Of a stretch of DNA of 54,071 bases, positions 18,930 to 29,096 are shown one piece after another (position 1 is the stretch's first letter; the number at the start of each line of letters is the position of its first letter). This stretch comes from Thermoproteota archaeon (GTDB taxonomy: Archaea; Thermoproteota; EX4484-205; JAAOZP01). Below the pieces are notes generated by a model, which saw only the letters and a program-made list of their open reading frames with translations, was not told the origin of the DNA and did no database searches. The position numbers were made by a program, and so were the translations under genes. Location of the stretch: NCBI GenBank assembly GCA_049700215.1, contig JBNAVT010000007.1, positions 1 through 54,071 on the forward strand, in the 5' to 3' direction.

Positions 18930-20696
18930 TTAAGCCTCCATCAACCTCTGTAGCCCCGATACTTCAGTAATAATCCTCTCTCTAAGCTCTAGAGTTTTCT
19001 TGGCGCACTCGCCAGGCGGCAAATACTTTAGCTTCAGTATTTCCCCGCCTATGTTTAGACCCAGTATTTTTTCGAGGGGAATATTGCTCGAAACAGCCTC
19101 AAGCAACCGCTCTCTATAGTAGTCAATCATCTCCGCAATCGCCAGCGTCTTTCTCGGATCAGAATACATGTCTCTGATGTCGAGAGCACTCTGCTTCAGA
19201 AACGCCTCTCTAATGATTCTTGAGACCTCAAGTATTGCTTTTTCGCGCTCGCTTAAAGCACCTATTCCGATCAGTCTTACTATCTGCATCAGCTCATCCT
19301 CCTCCTTCAGAATGCTAAGCATGTTTCCCCTAAGGATCCTCCATTTTTCACTTACATTCAGCTCCCACCAGAACGCAACGCTTTCAACGTAAAGCGAATA
19401 GCTTTGAAGCCAGTTTATCGCAGGGAAATGACGCTTGTAGGCTAAGTCCGAGTCCAGGCCCCAGAAAACCTTTACCGTTTGAAGAGTCTTCTGAGTAACT
19501 GGTTCACTGAAGTCTCCTCCCGGGGGCGAAACCGCGCCAATTAATGTTAGGGAACCAGTCTTACCGCTTAAAGTAACGACTTTCCCAGCCCTACTGTAAA
19601 AACCCTGAAGCCTTGAAGCCAGGTAGGCTGGGAAGCCTTCTTCACCCGGAAGCTCCTCCATTCTTGAGCTTAGCTCTCTAAGAGCCTCCGCCCACCTTGA
19701 GGTTGAGTCCGCTATTAACGCTACATTATAACCCATGTCCCTGAAGTATTCTGCGAAAGTCACGCCCAGGAATATGCTTGACTCCCTAGCAGCAACCGGC
19801 ATGTTGCTCGTATTAGCTATTATTATCGATTTCTCTATTAACGGTCTACCGCTTCTCAAATCAGCTAAACCCCTATACTTATCCAGAAGATCAGCCATCT
19901 CATTCCCCCTTTCCCCACAGCCAACGTAAATCACTATATCTGCATCAGTCTGCTTCGAAATCTGCTGGAGAGTCATTGTTTTCCCGGAGCCGAATGGACC
20001 GGGTATTGCGGCCGTCCCACCCTTAACGATCGGAAACATGAAGTCTATTATCCTTATACCGGTTACAAGGGGCTCATCAGGATCCAGTTTTTCAACGAAC
20101 GGCCTGGGAATCTTAACGGGCCATTCGTGCGCCATCTTAACTTCGAAAACCTCGCCCTGGGAGCCTTTAACCCTTGCAATCGTGTCAATAATAGTGTAAT
20201 CGTCTTCATCAGCCAGGAAGACCAGACTTCCCTCAACATTAGGGGGAATAAGAATCCGGTGTGCAATCAGCGGGTTCTCCATGACAGTCCCAATTATCTC
20301 GCCTCCACGCACCTTGCTCGGAGGATTGTCCGCAGGAATGAAACGCCACTTCTTCTCATGGTCAAGCCTCTTCGTCCGGACGCCTGGTCTTACGAAAGAA
20401 CGTGACTGCTCCGCGACTTCCTCAAGAGGCCTCTGCAGCCCGTCGTAGACCTGACCAATGAGCCCAGGCCCGAGTTCAGCCGACAGCAGCCGGCCTATGG
20501 CTACGACCCTATCACCATATTTAAGACCACTAGTATCCTCGTAGACTTGGATGAAAACCCTGTTGCCGCTTATCTTATTCACTTCTCCTATTAGGCTCTT
20601 CTCACCCACTAGAACAACCTCGTTCATCACGGGGAATGGAATGTTTTCCGCAACTACTACGAATCCAGAGACCCTGACTACCCTGCCCTCCCTCAT
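18930..20696 (-). CDS. atpA: A/V-type ATP synthase catalytic subunit A
   Basis: Walker [54 protein letters not shown]. Confidence 0.97.
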   Translation of the reverse strand: MREGRVVRVSGFVVVAENIPFPVMNEVVLVGEKSLIGEVNKISGNRVFIQVYEDTSGLKYGDRVVAIGRLLSAELGPGLIGQVYDGLQRPLEEVAEQSRSFVRPGVRTKRLDHEKKWRFIPADNPPSKVRGGEIIGTVMENPLIAHRILIPPNVEGSLVFLADEDDYTIIDTIARVKGSQGEVFEVKMAHEWPVKIPRPFVEKLDPDEPLVTGIRIIDFMFPIVKGGTAAIPGPFGSGKTMTLQQISKQTDADIVIYVGCGERGNEMADLLDKYRGLADLRSGRPLIEKSIIIANTSNMPVAARESSIFLGVTFAEYFRDMGYNVALIADSTSRWAEALRELSSRMEELPGEEGFPAYLASRLQGFYSRAGKVVTLSGKTGSLTLIGAVSPPGGDFSEPVTQKTLQTVKVFWGLDSDLAYKRHFPAINWLQSYSLYVESVAFWWELNVSEKWRILRGNMLSILKEEDELMQIVRLIGIGALSEREKAILEVSRIIREAFLKQSALDIRDMYSDPRKTLAIAEMIDYYRERLLEAVSSNIPLEKILGLNIGGEILKLKYLPPGECAKKTLELRERIITEVSGLQRLMEA

Positions 20697-20700
20697 TCTT

Positions 20701-20910
20701 CTACTTCCTCCCTGGGATTCTGATTAGAATCGGAAAATCCTCATCGTAACCATAAGGGTAATACTCGTCCATCACTAGGAAGACTCCTACTTCCTTACTG
20801 TTCTTAACTATTTTCAACGCCTCCTCCCTGCTTGTCACCACCCTTCCTCCTATTCCAGCCAACGAGAAGGCAACCACGGTTTTCTCATTCCCCAACACTT
20901 CTATCTTCAT
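20701..20910 (-). CDS. atpF: A/V-type ATP synthase subunit F (short, 69 aa)
   Basis: MKIEVLGNEKTVVAFSLAGI N-terminal motif; between C and A. Confidence 0.8.
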   Translation of the reverse strand: MKIEVLGNEKTVVAFSLAGIGGRVVTSREEALKIVKNSKEVGVFLVMDEYYPYGYDEDFPILIRIPGRK

Positions 20911-21648
20911 TCACCAAACCCCCTCTATAGAATACTCGTGCAATATGATGAAACTCATTAGATTTGAGAAGCCGGAACCATGGCTCATGCAGATTCCACG
21001 ATAATAGGATTTAAGCTCATCCACGTTCTTCACCCCGTAAAGCTCAAACAGTTTTTCAGACAACGTATTCCCATCCCTCATGTCATTAACTGATAGGAAC
21101 CCGTATGGCAAGAAGAATCTTCCAGGATCCCTGACTCTTTTAAACAGGTTTAGGTTTAACAAGTCTATTCGCAGCGCTACGAGCCTCCTCGCAAGTTCAC
21201 CATCAGGCCCCTTTGGAAAACGGTTGTTAAAACCTTCAAAATAAAGCCTGTCCAAGTTAAAGGCGAAATCGCTGTAAGTCGCCGAGCCTTCAAAAGCCCG
21301 GCTCGCAAAACCTTCAGAAATGCTGGATAGGAGTTCGAATAGACCATGCATATTCCTGTTTTCCACAAGGTTTAGCAAAGCCTCTCTCCTAACCTTTATG
21401 AAGGGCCTTGAAAACTCGTATTTAAAGCCTCCGAGTATCTGAGCCGCCGCATCCTTCACGTTTTCAAAGTCGTTCCTCATAATCCACCATTCCACAAAGG
21501 CCCTCACCTTGGCCGGAAGAAAATCAATCAGGCTTGACAAACCCGAGTATAATGTAAAACGGGCTTCCTTCCCTTCTTTAGCTGAAAGCTCTGCCTCTAA
21601 GAAGGTTAGCCTTGCTTCAACGTAAGCATAGTCACCAGTCTCCAACAT
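20911..21648 (-). CDS. atpC: A/V-type ATP synthase subunit C (AC39/d-like), divergent and short
   Basis: DYAYVEARL, DFENVK, LDRLYF, IDLLNL motifs; operon position. Confidence 0.7.
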   Translation of the reverse strand: MLETGDYAYVEARLTFLEAELSAKEGKEARFTLYSGLSSLIDFLPAKVRAFVEWWIMRNDFENVKDAAAQILGGFKYEFSRPFIKVRREALLNLVENRNMHGLFELLSSISEGFASRAFEGSATYSDFAFNLDRLYFEGFNNRFPKGPDGELARRLVALRIDLLNLNLFKRVRDPGRFFLPYGFLSVNDMRDGNTLSEKLFELYGVKNVDELKSYYRGICMSHGSGFSNLMSFIILHEYSIEGVW

Positions 21649-22276
21649 TCAAATCACCGAAAAGAAAACTATACAATTTCTCCCTTATGACCTTGCTTTT
21701 CAACCTAAGCCTTGTTTCAATCCTGTCATCGACTTCTTGAAAACCTTTTTTAGAAATTGCAACTAGTCCTCCGACCGTCGTCAAGTCTGGCACAACTCTG
21801 ACCTTCCAATCCCCACTTAGGCTTTTTAACAACTCTTTAACAATCCTTTCATCCCTCTTATCAACATGAATAACCATCTCTCCCCCGTTTATTAAGCCGA
21901 ATATTTCAGCCAAGCTTCTTGAGAGAAAACCTCTGTACACTTCCTTCTGCTCCACCCTCACCTTTTCAAGGGCGGCGGCAGCGTCAGACATTAGGGAAGA
22001 GATCATGCTCCAAGCATACTCATAGAGTTTCTTCCTAAACTCTATTCTCATTTTAATAAGCTCCTGTTCTTTAAACCGTTCCAAATCCCTCTTCCCTTGC
22101 TCGACCAGCTTCCTTTTTCTCTCCTCAGCCTCTTTTCTCGCTTTAATCATAATCTCCTCAGCCTTCTTCTCGGCCTCGCGTATTATTTCATCCCTCTGCT
22201 CCTTCGCGTTACGCAATATTTCCCCCGCCATGTTTTCAGCGGTTTCTGAAACCCTCAGGCTTTTTGAAGCATTCAT
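21632..22276 (-). CDS. atpE: A/V-type ATP synthase subunit E
   Basis: Charged N-terminal coiled coil, C-terminal GGLVAIS...VDDRIETRL. Confidence 0.8.
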   Translation of the reverse strand: MNASKSLRVSETAENMAGEILRNAKEQRDEIIREAEKKAEEIMIKARKEAEERKRKLVEQGKRDLERFKEQELIKMRIEFRKKLYEYAWSMISSLMSDAAAALEKVRVEQKEVYRGFLSRSLAEIFGLINGGEMVIHVDKRDERIVKELLKSLSGDWKVRVVPDLTTVGGLVAISKKGFQEVDDRIETRLRLKSKVIREKLYSFLFGDLNVGDW

Positions 22277-22611
22277 GACTCTAGCACTTCTTTGAGAATC
22301 AGTCTTACCGCATCACCCTTTTTATCCCTGATGATCCTCTCAAAATCGCTCAAGGATTCTTGAAGCCTCTCCTCAAGCATTTTCCTCCATTTCTCAATCT
22401 CATTCTCCACCTCCCTTTCTAATCTTTTAATCTCCGCATCAGCCTCCCGGTCAGCCCTAGCCTCCTCCAGCACTGCCTCCTCCTCGGCTTTCAAAACTAT
22501 TTTTTCAGCTTCTTTCCTAGCTTCCTCAATAATGCTCTTAGCCTTTTTCTCAGCCTCCATCAAATACTCGATTTCAAGACTGAACTTTTCCCTAGGCACG
22601 ATAGACACCAA
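22273..22611 (-). CDS. atpH: A/V-type ATP synthase subunit H/G (peripheral stalk)
   Basis: EAEKKAKSIIEEARKEAEKIV coiled coil, 112 aa, inside the ATPase operon. Confidence 0.72.
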   Translation of the reverse strand: MVSIVPREKFSLEIEYLMEAEKKAKSIIEEARKEAEKIVLKAEEEAVLEEARADREADAEIKRLEREVENEIEKWRKMLEERLQESLSDFERIIRDKKGDAVRLILKEVLES

Positions 22612-22613
22612 GC

Positions 22614-23312
22614 TTAAAGCATTCCCACCCCTCTCAGCAGCAGGATTGCGATTAGCAAGCCGTATATCGCGATGCTTTCAATAAGAACGACGAACACTAT
22701 GCTTTTTCCGAACGAGTCCTCATCTTTTAAAAGCGATGAAATAGCCTTCGCGCCGGTTTTGCCCAAATAATACCCGGATCCACCGGTTACACAGACTACT
22801 GCTGAAGATATTATGGAGGCATATGCTGCTTCGCTACTCACCTGATACAGCGTGCCCGCCCCACCAAGGAGACCAACACCCCTTATTATCACTATAGAGA
22901 TTAGTAGGCCGTATATAACTATGCTTTCGGGCAGGACTGCGAAAATAAGCGATTTCCCGAACAAGTCTTCCCTCTCGCTTATCGCGCCGATCGCCGCAGA
23001 GCCTGCGATTCCGATTCCGATGCCGGAGAAGAGCCCGGTTAATCCCACAGACACTCCTGAGCCCAGTAGAGGGAGTGAGGAGTGGAAATCATTAACGCTC
23101 CACCCGCTCGTTATTATGAAGAGGGCGACGAGTAAACCGTAGATGACCGGTGTCTCCGCGAGGACCGTGAAAACCAACGCCATCCCGAATCTTTCAGGCT
23201 TCTCAGCAACCAGCCTCGCGCTGACTGAGGCAGTCATGGCTATACCCAGTATTGAACCTACTCCGGAGAAGCCTATGGCAGAGAGTACGGAGGCCAGCGT
23301 AAACACATCCAT
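22614..23312 (-). CDS. atpK: A/V-type ATP synthase proteolipid subunit K/c, triplicated (three hairpins)
   Basis: Three repeats: VLAETPVIYGLL, VLPESIVIYGLL, VLIESIAIYGLL; 232 aa. Confidence 0.9.
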   Translation of the reverse strand: MDVFTLASVLSAIGFSGVGSILGIAMTASVSARLVAEKPERFGMALVFTVLAETPVIYGLLVALFIITSGWSVNDFHSSLPLLGSGVSVGLTGLFSGIGIGIAGSAAIGAISEREDLFGKSLIFAVLPESIVIYGLLISIVIIRGVGLLGGAGTLYQVSSEAAYASIISSAVVCVTGGSGYYLGKTGAKAISSLLKDEDSFGKSIVFVVLIESIAIYGLLIAILLLRGVGML

Positions 23313-23324
23313 CTTTCAGTCCTT

Positions 23325-25175
23325 CTATATTTGGGGGTCCACATATAACGGTTTAAAAACGTTTCCCTTGGGCTCGAAGAACTTGCTGAAAAACTCTACA
23401 AAGTGAAGCCGCAGAGAATGCGCGAAAGCAATGAAGCTCTCTATAAAAACTATGAAGACGTGAGTTATGAAGAGTATTGCTCCCCCTGCCAGAAGCCCGA
23501 TGATAATGTTTCCAGAATATATTAGCGGAGTAGCGAGAAGCGCGAAAGCCCTGGAGATCCCTGTGTGAGATATGCTTATAGCGACGATCCTAGTGTATGA
23601 AACGATATTGCTAATTACTCTTGTTATTTCTACGAGGTCCCGCGGACTAGTGATAATGATTAGAATAAGCCCTGAAGCGACGAGGATGGAGCCTAGATAT
23701 AGGAAGAGTTCGCCGCTAGAATAATAGAAATTCAGCAGAACCATTATAGAGCCGTAGATCAGAATAAGCCAAGAGAGTTTTTCCCCCAGAGCGTTTTTAA
23801 TTCTTCTCGAGAGCAGCTCGTTGACGAAACCCAGTATGAAGCCCATTGTAATCTGGATTATGCCGATCACTACTGCCAGTTGAAGGAAATACATCGGGTC
23901 TTCAAAACCGTTAAACCATAAGACAGGTATTTTAACCACCCCGCCCATAAACTCCCCGGAGAGAAATCCGAAAAACATTGAGGAAAGGCTTATTGCGATC
24001 AAGATTTCGCTCAACCGTTTCCCGTTCTCACTCCTGCTGCCAAGCCCCCTGTAGAGCAGTAGTGAAAAAGCTAGGAGCAATAGACCGTCGAAAACATCCG
24101 CGAACATTAATCCGAAGAAGATCGTGTAGGTTATTGCTAAAAACGGAGTTGGATCTATCTGTCTATAACCCGGGGTACCGAACATCAGGGTTATGATTTC
24201 AAAGCTTCGAATAAACCGTGGGTTATCAAGCGCGACGGGAGCCTCCTCACCCGGCTCGGGCGCTTCAACTGATAGTTTGTAGCTGTAGCCGCCTTTTTCA
24301 AGCAGAGAAGAGAGTTTCACAGCATCCTTCTCCTTCACCCATCCTTCTAAATACGCGGAGGATTTCGACCTAGCAATATTCTCCTTCGCCTTTAAAACCT
24401 CAAGCCTAGTTGAAAGAACTTTCCTAAGCAGGCTTACCTCCCGCTTCACCCGGCCCGTGTCGATAGACTCCTCCAAATCCTCAATGTTCAGCTCTTTTCC
24501 ACCCTCCATGCCAGTAAGCCTTGCAACACCATAAGTATTCAAGGCTGTCTCCAAAACAGGGTAGTGTAAGGCAAGGGTTGCAAGCCTCATTAAGAGAATA
24601 TTCTTATCAAGCCCAGATTCCTCTAGCGAGAGCAGGCAGTTATTCTTAACAGCATCCGATAATACTTTCACCAGCCTGTTTGCATCCCTATTTCTAATCC
24701 AGCCCTCTAGTACAACTAGATAGCCTGTCCTTTCAAACTTCTTTATAACAATCAGGTTGTCTCTCAGAAGAGACGATATTTTCGAGGATAACTGCTTCCT
24801 TGTAGAAAGCCTCAGCTCCTTAAGCTTCTCCCATTTATTCAGCCTGTCTTCAGCGTCGTTTAAAATCTTCTGAGCGTTTTCATATATTTCGGACCCCCGC
24901 GTTAAGAGTATGGAGGCCTCGCCGCCCTTACTGATCAGCTGAGAGATTAACCCTTCCTTCGGCAGCCTGTTTAATAAGGTGTCGCACCTTCTGACAAGGC
25001 TTAACACGTTGTTCCTCTCCTCGACTATTTCCCCATCATAATCGTATTCCAGAGGCTTTTTCTCAATGGTTTTCACCTGCAGTATTCCAAGCCTGCCAAC
25101 TTCCTCCAGAAACCGGTCTTCCTGCTCAAGAGGCAGCAGCAGCTTGACTTTCTTCATCCTGGCGGGCCTAAACAT
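23325..25175 (-). CDS. atpI: A/V-type ATP synthase subunit I (a)
   Basis: MFRPARMKKV, LEGW x2, IDPTP..FFGLMFAD, SYTRI (essential Arg), HSLRLHFVEFFSKFF. Confidence 0.93.
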   Translation of the reverse strand: MFRPARMKKVKLLLPLEQEDRFLEEVGRLGILQVKTIEKKPLEYDYDGEIVEERNNVLSLVRRCDTLLNRLPKEGLISQLISKGGEASILLTRGSEIYENAQKILNDAEDRLNKWEKLKELRLSTRKQLSSKISSLLRDNLIVIKKFERTGYLVVLEGWIRNRDANRLVKVLSDAVKNNCLLSLEESGLDKNILLMRLATLALHYPVLETALNTYGVARLTGMEGGKELNIEDLEESIDTGRVKREVSLLRKVLSTRLEVLKAKENIARSKSSAYLEGWVKEKDAVKLSSLLEKGGYSYKLSVEAPEPGEEAPVALDNPRFIRSFEIITLMFGTPGYRQIDPTPFLAITYTIFFGLMFADVFDGLLLLAFSLLLYRGLGSRSENGKRLSEILIAISLSSMFFGFLSGEFMGGVVKIPVLWFNGFEDPMYFLQLAVVIGIIQITMGFILGFVNELLSRRIKNALGEKLSWLILIYGSIMVLLNFYYSSGELFLYLGSILVASGLILIIITSPRDLVEITRVISNIVSYTRIVAISISHTGISRAFALLATPLIYSGNIIIGLLAGGAILFITHVFIVFIESFIAFAHSLRLHFVEFFSKFFEPKGNVFKPLYVDPQI

Positions 25176-25218
25176 CTCGGGATGAACATGAGAACGGGTA
25201 TTTAGGATTTTACGATTA

Positions 25219-25230
25219 TAGCGCGCGCTA
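25219..25230. repeat. Dispersed palindromic motif, copy 2 (TAGCGCGCGCTA)
   Basis: Perfect 12-bp palindrome between divergent atpI and proC. Confidence 0.55.
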
Positions 25231-25315
25231 CGAGCCTTAAACAGTATCTTAACGTTCCACCCCCTTAAAATAAAGAATAACTATTAAATACTTCTAAGGG
25301 CTTCCTACTCGAGCC

Positions 25316-26119
25316 TTGAGGAAAGTATGCGTTATCGGAGCCGGGAAAATGGGCAGCATAATAGTTAGAAGCATGGTTAAAACGGGTGATTATAGGGTGG
25401 TTGCCACCGACGTTGACCCAGATAGACGAATGCTTGCCAAATCATACGGGGCAGAGGTTTTTGAAAGCAACAGGGATGCTGTGGAGAGTTCCGACGTGAT
25501 TATTCTAGCGGTTAAGCCAAAGGATATACCGGTTGTGTTGGCTGATGTTAAAGACTTGATAAGCGGGAAACTTATAATATCGATCGCTGCAGCAGTGCCT
25601 CTAAACCGTATGGAGAGTATTGCTCCAGACGCTAGGTTCATCAGAGTAATGCCGAACATCCTTATTGAAGTCGGCGAAGCGTTCATCGCGATATGCCCCG
25701 GCTCCAGAGCGACAGAAGAAGATTTTGAAACGGCTGCGAGAATCTTCAGCAGGATGGGAGAGGTAGCCAGGGTTGAGGAGAGTCTGATGGATGCGGTTAC
25801 AGGGTTCTCGGGAAGCGGGCCGGCCTACGTATTCACAATTATGGACGCTTTCGCCGACGCCGGCGTGAAGATCGGCCTGCCGAAGGAGCTTGCACTCAGA
25901 ATTGCTGCGAGAATGATGCTCGGCGCTGCTAAAATAGTGTTAGAAGAGGGCGGGAGGCCGATGGAGCTTAGGGATATGGTTGCCACACCCGGGGGCACAA
26001 CCATAATGGGTATTTACGAGCTTGAGAAAGGAGGCGTGAGGGCATTAATAATGAACGCTGTGGAAGCTGCCGTCAGGAGGGCCAGGGAGTTGTCGGAATC
26101 ATCCTCACGAGTAAATTAG
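25316..26119 (+). CDS. proC: Pyrroline-5-carboxylate reductase
   Basis: IGAGKMG, LAVKP, RVMPN, SGSGPAY, TPGGTT. Confidence 0.95.
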   Translation: MRKVCVIGAGKMGSIIVRSMVKTGDYRVVATDVDPDRRMLAKSYGAEVFESNRDAVESSDVIILAVKPKDIPVVLADVKDLISGKLIISIAAAVPLNRMESIAPDARFIRVMPNILIEVGEAFIAICPGSRATEEDFETAARIFSRMGEVARVEESLMDAVTGFSGSGPAYVFTIMDAFADAGVKIGLPKELALRIAARMMLGAAKIVLEEGGRPMELRDMVATPGGTTIMGIYELEKGGVRALIMNAVEAAVRRARELSESSSRVN

Positions 26120-26202
26120 ACCGTGGAAAAGAATCGGGCTGAACCTCTCAAGAAAATCCTTATATAAATCCTTTTCACCCGCAGGGTTTCAACCAATAAG
26201 AT

Positions 26203-28038
26203 ATGAGTGTCGAGAAGCCGTTGCTAGACTACGTTAATTCGCTTAAGCCGAAGAAGAGTTTCACAGAGTCGATTACAGCCTTCAAAAGGCTAATTAAATA
26301 CCATAAGAAATATCTTTTGTTAATAGCCATCGTTGTAGCACTATCCTTCGTGAGAACCTACCTGTTTACTCTTGAACCCCTCTACACGTCTCTAATAATA
26401 GACGATGTTGTCGTAAGCGGGAAGCACGAGTTGCTTACCGACTATATTACGGCAATCCTGCTTGTCGGAATAGGTTTTGCAGCCGTCAATTTTTTCATAA
26501 GCTATTTGAACGGTTTAACGGCACTCTACATTATTCGAGACTTAAGGTCTGAATATTATGCTTCCCTCCAGGCTAAATCCTTCAGCTTCTACGATACTGT
26601 CGCGGTTGGCGACCTTGTTTCAAGAGCCACAATGGACTTACAGCCTGTTGAAGCCTTCCTCAGAACAGGAGTTAGCACAGTTTTCAACGCGGTTTTCTCA
26701 ATAATAGTGTTCTTCTCAGTAATGTACTCGATCAGCCCTTCAATGACCCTTATCTCCCTAATACCTTTGCCCCTAATATTCTATTTTACAACCCGCCTCT
26801 GGGTGGAGACGATGCCGCTCTTCAGAGTGATGCAGCTGATACTTGGCAGGCTTAGTTCCTACATTCAGCAGAACATCGTGGGCATGAAGACCGTTAGGAT
26901 ATTCCGGAGGGAGAAGGATATGGTTGAAGGCTTCAAGAAAGCGGAACAGGTATTCGTTAAAACGGCTATAACTGCGGGAAGAATCCAGTCCATCTACATG
27001 CCTCTCCCCACCGCGATATTAACTCTTTCAATAGCAATGGTTTACGTTTACGCTACATACTCGATTTTCAACGCTGGAGCAGCGCTGACGGTTGGGAGCA
27101 TTATACTCTTTGCAAGATACATAATGCGTCTAAGCTTCCCGTTGAGGGATTTAAGCATGTTGCTCGGAAACTGGATCAACGCTTCAGCCGGGCTCGAAAG
27201 AGTCTTCGAAATAATGGATGTGGCGAAGGGTGTTGAAGACCTGCCTGACGCTGAAGAAATAACCATAAGAGAGGGCATGGTTGAATTCAGAAACGTTACA
27301 TTCCAGTATGCCAACGGCAAGCCTGTTTTAAAAAACATTAGTTTTAAGGTTAACCCCGGGGAGAAGATCGCGATCCTGGGAGCCACAGGCTCGGGTAAAT
27401 CAACCCTGGTCTACCTTATCCCGAGGTTCTACGACCCTGCTTCAGGAAACATACTTATAGACGGCGTGGACATTAAAAGGTTTAAACTATCGTCTTTAAG
27501 AAGACAGATAGGCATTGTTCCTCAGGACGTCTTCCTTTTCTCCGGAACCATTAGGGAAAACATCACGTTCGGCAAGCCTGATGCCTCCATGGAGGAGATT
27601 GCGAAAGCCGCGGAGCTGGCTAAGATACGCGACTTCATAGAATCGCTACCCGATGGCTACGATACTTTCGTCGGCGAGAGAGGAGTTACGCTTTCAGGAG
27701 GCCAGAGGCAGAGGATAACTATTGCGAGGGCGATACTCACGAATCCTAAAATACTGATAATGGATGATTCACTCTCCTTCGTAGATTCTAAGACTGAACA
27801 GGAAATACAGTCTGCTATAAACGAAGTTATGAAGGGTAGAACAACATTCATTATCGCGCAGAGGCTTTCAACAATAAGGAACGCGGACAGGATAATGATT
27901 CTGGATGGTGGAGAAATAGTCGAGTTTGGAACTCACGAGGAGCTTATGGCTAGGAATGGTGCCTACAGGAGGATTTACGAAACCCAGTTTCTGGGTAAGA
28001 GTCTGGAAATCGTTTCTGCGGAGGTGAGCGAAGAGTAA
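26203..28038 (+). CDS. Heterodimeric ABC exporter, fused TMD+NBD subunit (degenerate Walker B/switch)
   Basis: Six TM helices then GATGSGKS, LSGGQRQR, ILIMDD (D instead of catalytic E), IIAQR (Q instead of H). Confidence 0.92.
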   Translation: MSVEKPLLDYVNSLKPKKSFTESITAFKRLIKYHKKYLLLIAIVVALSFVRTYLFTLEPLYTSLIIDDVVVSGKHELLTDYITAILLVGIGFAAVNFFISYLNGLTALYIIRDLRSEYYASLQAKSFSFYDTVAVGDLVSRATMDLQPVEAFLRTGVSTVFNAVFSIIVFFSVMYSISPSMTLISLIPLPLIFYFTTRLWVETMPLFRVMQLILGRLSSYIQQNIVGMKTVRIFRREKDMVEGFKKAEQVFVKTAITAGRIQSIYMPLPTAILTLSIAMVYVYATYSIFNAGAALTVGSIILFARYIMRLSFPLRDLSMLLGNWINASAGLERVFEIMDVAKGVEDLPDAEEITIREGMVEFRNVTFQYANGKPVLKNISFKVNPGEKIAILGATGSGKSTLVYLIPRFYDPASGNILIDGVDIKRFKLSSLRRQIGIVPQDVFLFSGTIRENITFGKPDASMEEIAKAAELAKIRDFIESLPDGYDTFVGERGVTLSGGQRQRITIARAILTNPKILIMDDSLSFVDSKTEQEIQSAINEVMKGRTTFIIAQRLSTIRNADRIMILDGGEIVEFGTHEELMARNGAYRRIYETQFLGKSLEIVSAEVSEE

Positions 28039-29096
28039 TGGCTGGGCCTTGGCGCACGTTCTCCTCAACTCAGGAGGAGGAGAAGAGAACCGTCCCGGAC
28101 AGGATTCTTATTAAAAGGCTTTACCAGTATATTAAGCCATTTAGGAAGAACCTTGCTATCGCAATACTGGCGATAGTTTGCACTTCGATAACCGGGTTGG
28201 CAGCGCCATACATGCATAAGATCGCAATTGACCAGATCATACAGACAGGGAATCTTTCAAACTTCCTCTGGTGGATACCGCTTTTCATCCTGGTTGTCCT
28301 GTGTAACTTCTTCTTCCAATACGTTCAGATTTTCCAGATGAGAATAATAGGTGAAAACGTTGTTTCAGCAATAAGAGACGATATCATGGAGAAGCTTCAA
28401 TTCATCTCTCTAAGATATTTTTCCGAGGGGGAGATCGGCAGGATAATCTCCAGACCCATAAATGATGCGAACAATCTCAGAATATTTCTGCGCATGGGTT
28501 TCACAAGCATACTTCTCGACACGTCCTCAATACTTGGTACCTTCATAATCATGTTCATGCTGGATTTTGAACTTACAGTCATAGCTCTCTCCTTCATACC
28601 CATAGCTATAATCATTATTTGGCGGCTTGGAAGATACTCTAGGAGAGTCTACAGGAAAACCCTCTCGACACTGGCAGGATTAACAGGCAGGATGCAGGAG
28701 GACCTGTCCGGAATAAAAGTGATCCAAGCCTTCGTGCAGGAGGAAAGGGCTATGAGAAGGTTTGAGGAAACGCAGGCGGAGAACGTTAAGGCCACTAGGA
28801 ATGCGTTGAAAGTCTCCTCCGCCTACCAGCCTGTCGTCATAATGCTGAGGATACTTGGGACGCTGGCTATCCTATGGTTCGGAACCATTTTTATCGAGAA
28901 GGGGGCGATAACCATAGGCACGCTGGTAGCCTTCATAGAGTACCAGTTCTCATACTTCATGCCGCTCGTGGACTTGATAAGCGTTGCAGACCAGTATAAC
29001 TCTGCAATGGCTGCTGTCGAAAGACTATTCGATCTTATTGATGCTAGGGTTGAAGTTACGGAGCCTCCTCCTGAAATAGCTGTTGAGCTGAAATGA
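28038..29096 (+). CDS. Heterodimeric ABC exporter second subunit, transmembrane half (split from its NBD)
   Basis: ABC_membrane-type TMD ending AAVERLFDLID...ELK*; TAATG overlap with the upstream gene. Confidence 0.8.
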   Translation: MAGPWRTFSSTQEEEKRTVPDRILIKRLYQYIKPFRKNLAIAILAIVCTSITGLAAPYMHKIAIDQIIQTGNLSNFLWWIPLFILVVLCNFFFQYVQIFQMRIIGENVVSAIRDDIMEKLQFISLRYFSEGEIGRIISRPINDANNLRIFLRMGFTSILLDTSSILGTFIIMFMLDFELTVIALSFIPIAIIIIWRLGRYSRRVYRKTLSTLAGLTGRMQEDLSGIKVIQAFVQEERAMRRFEETQAENVKATRNALKVSSAYQPVVIMLRILGTLAILWFGTIFIEKGAITIGTLVAFIEYQFSYFMPLVDLISVADQYNSAMAAVERLFDLIDARVEVTEPPPEIAVELK

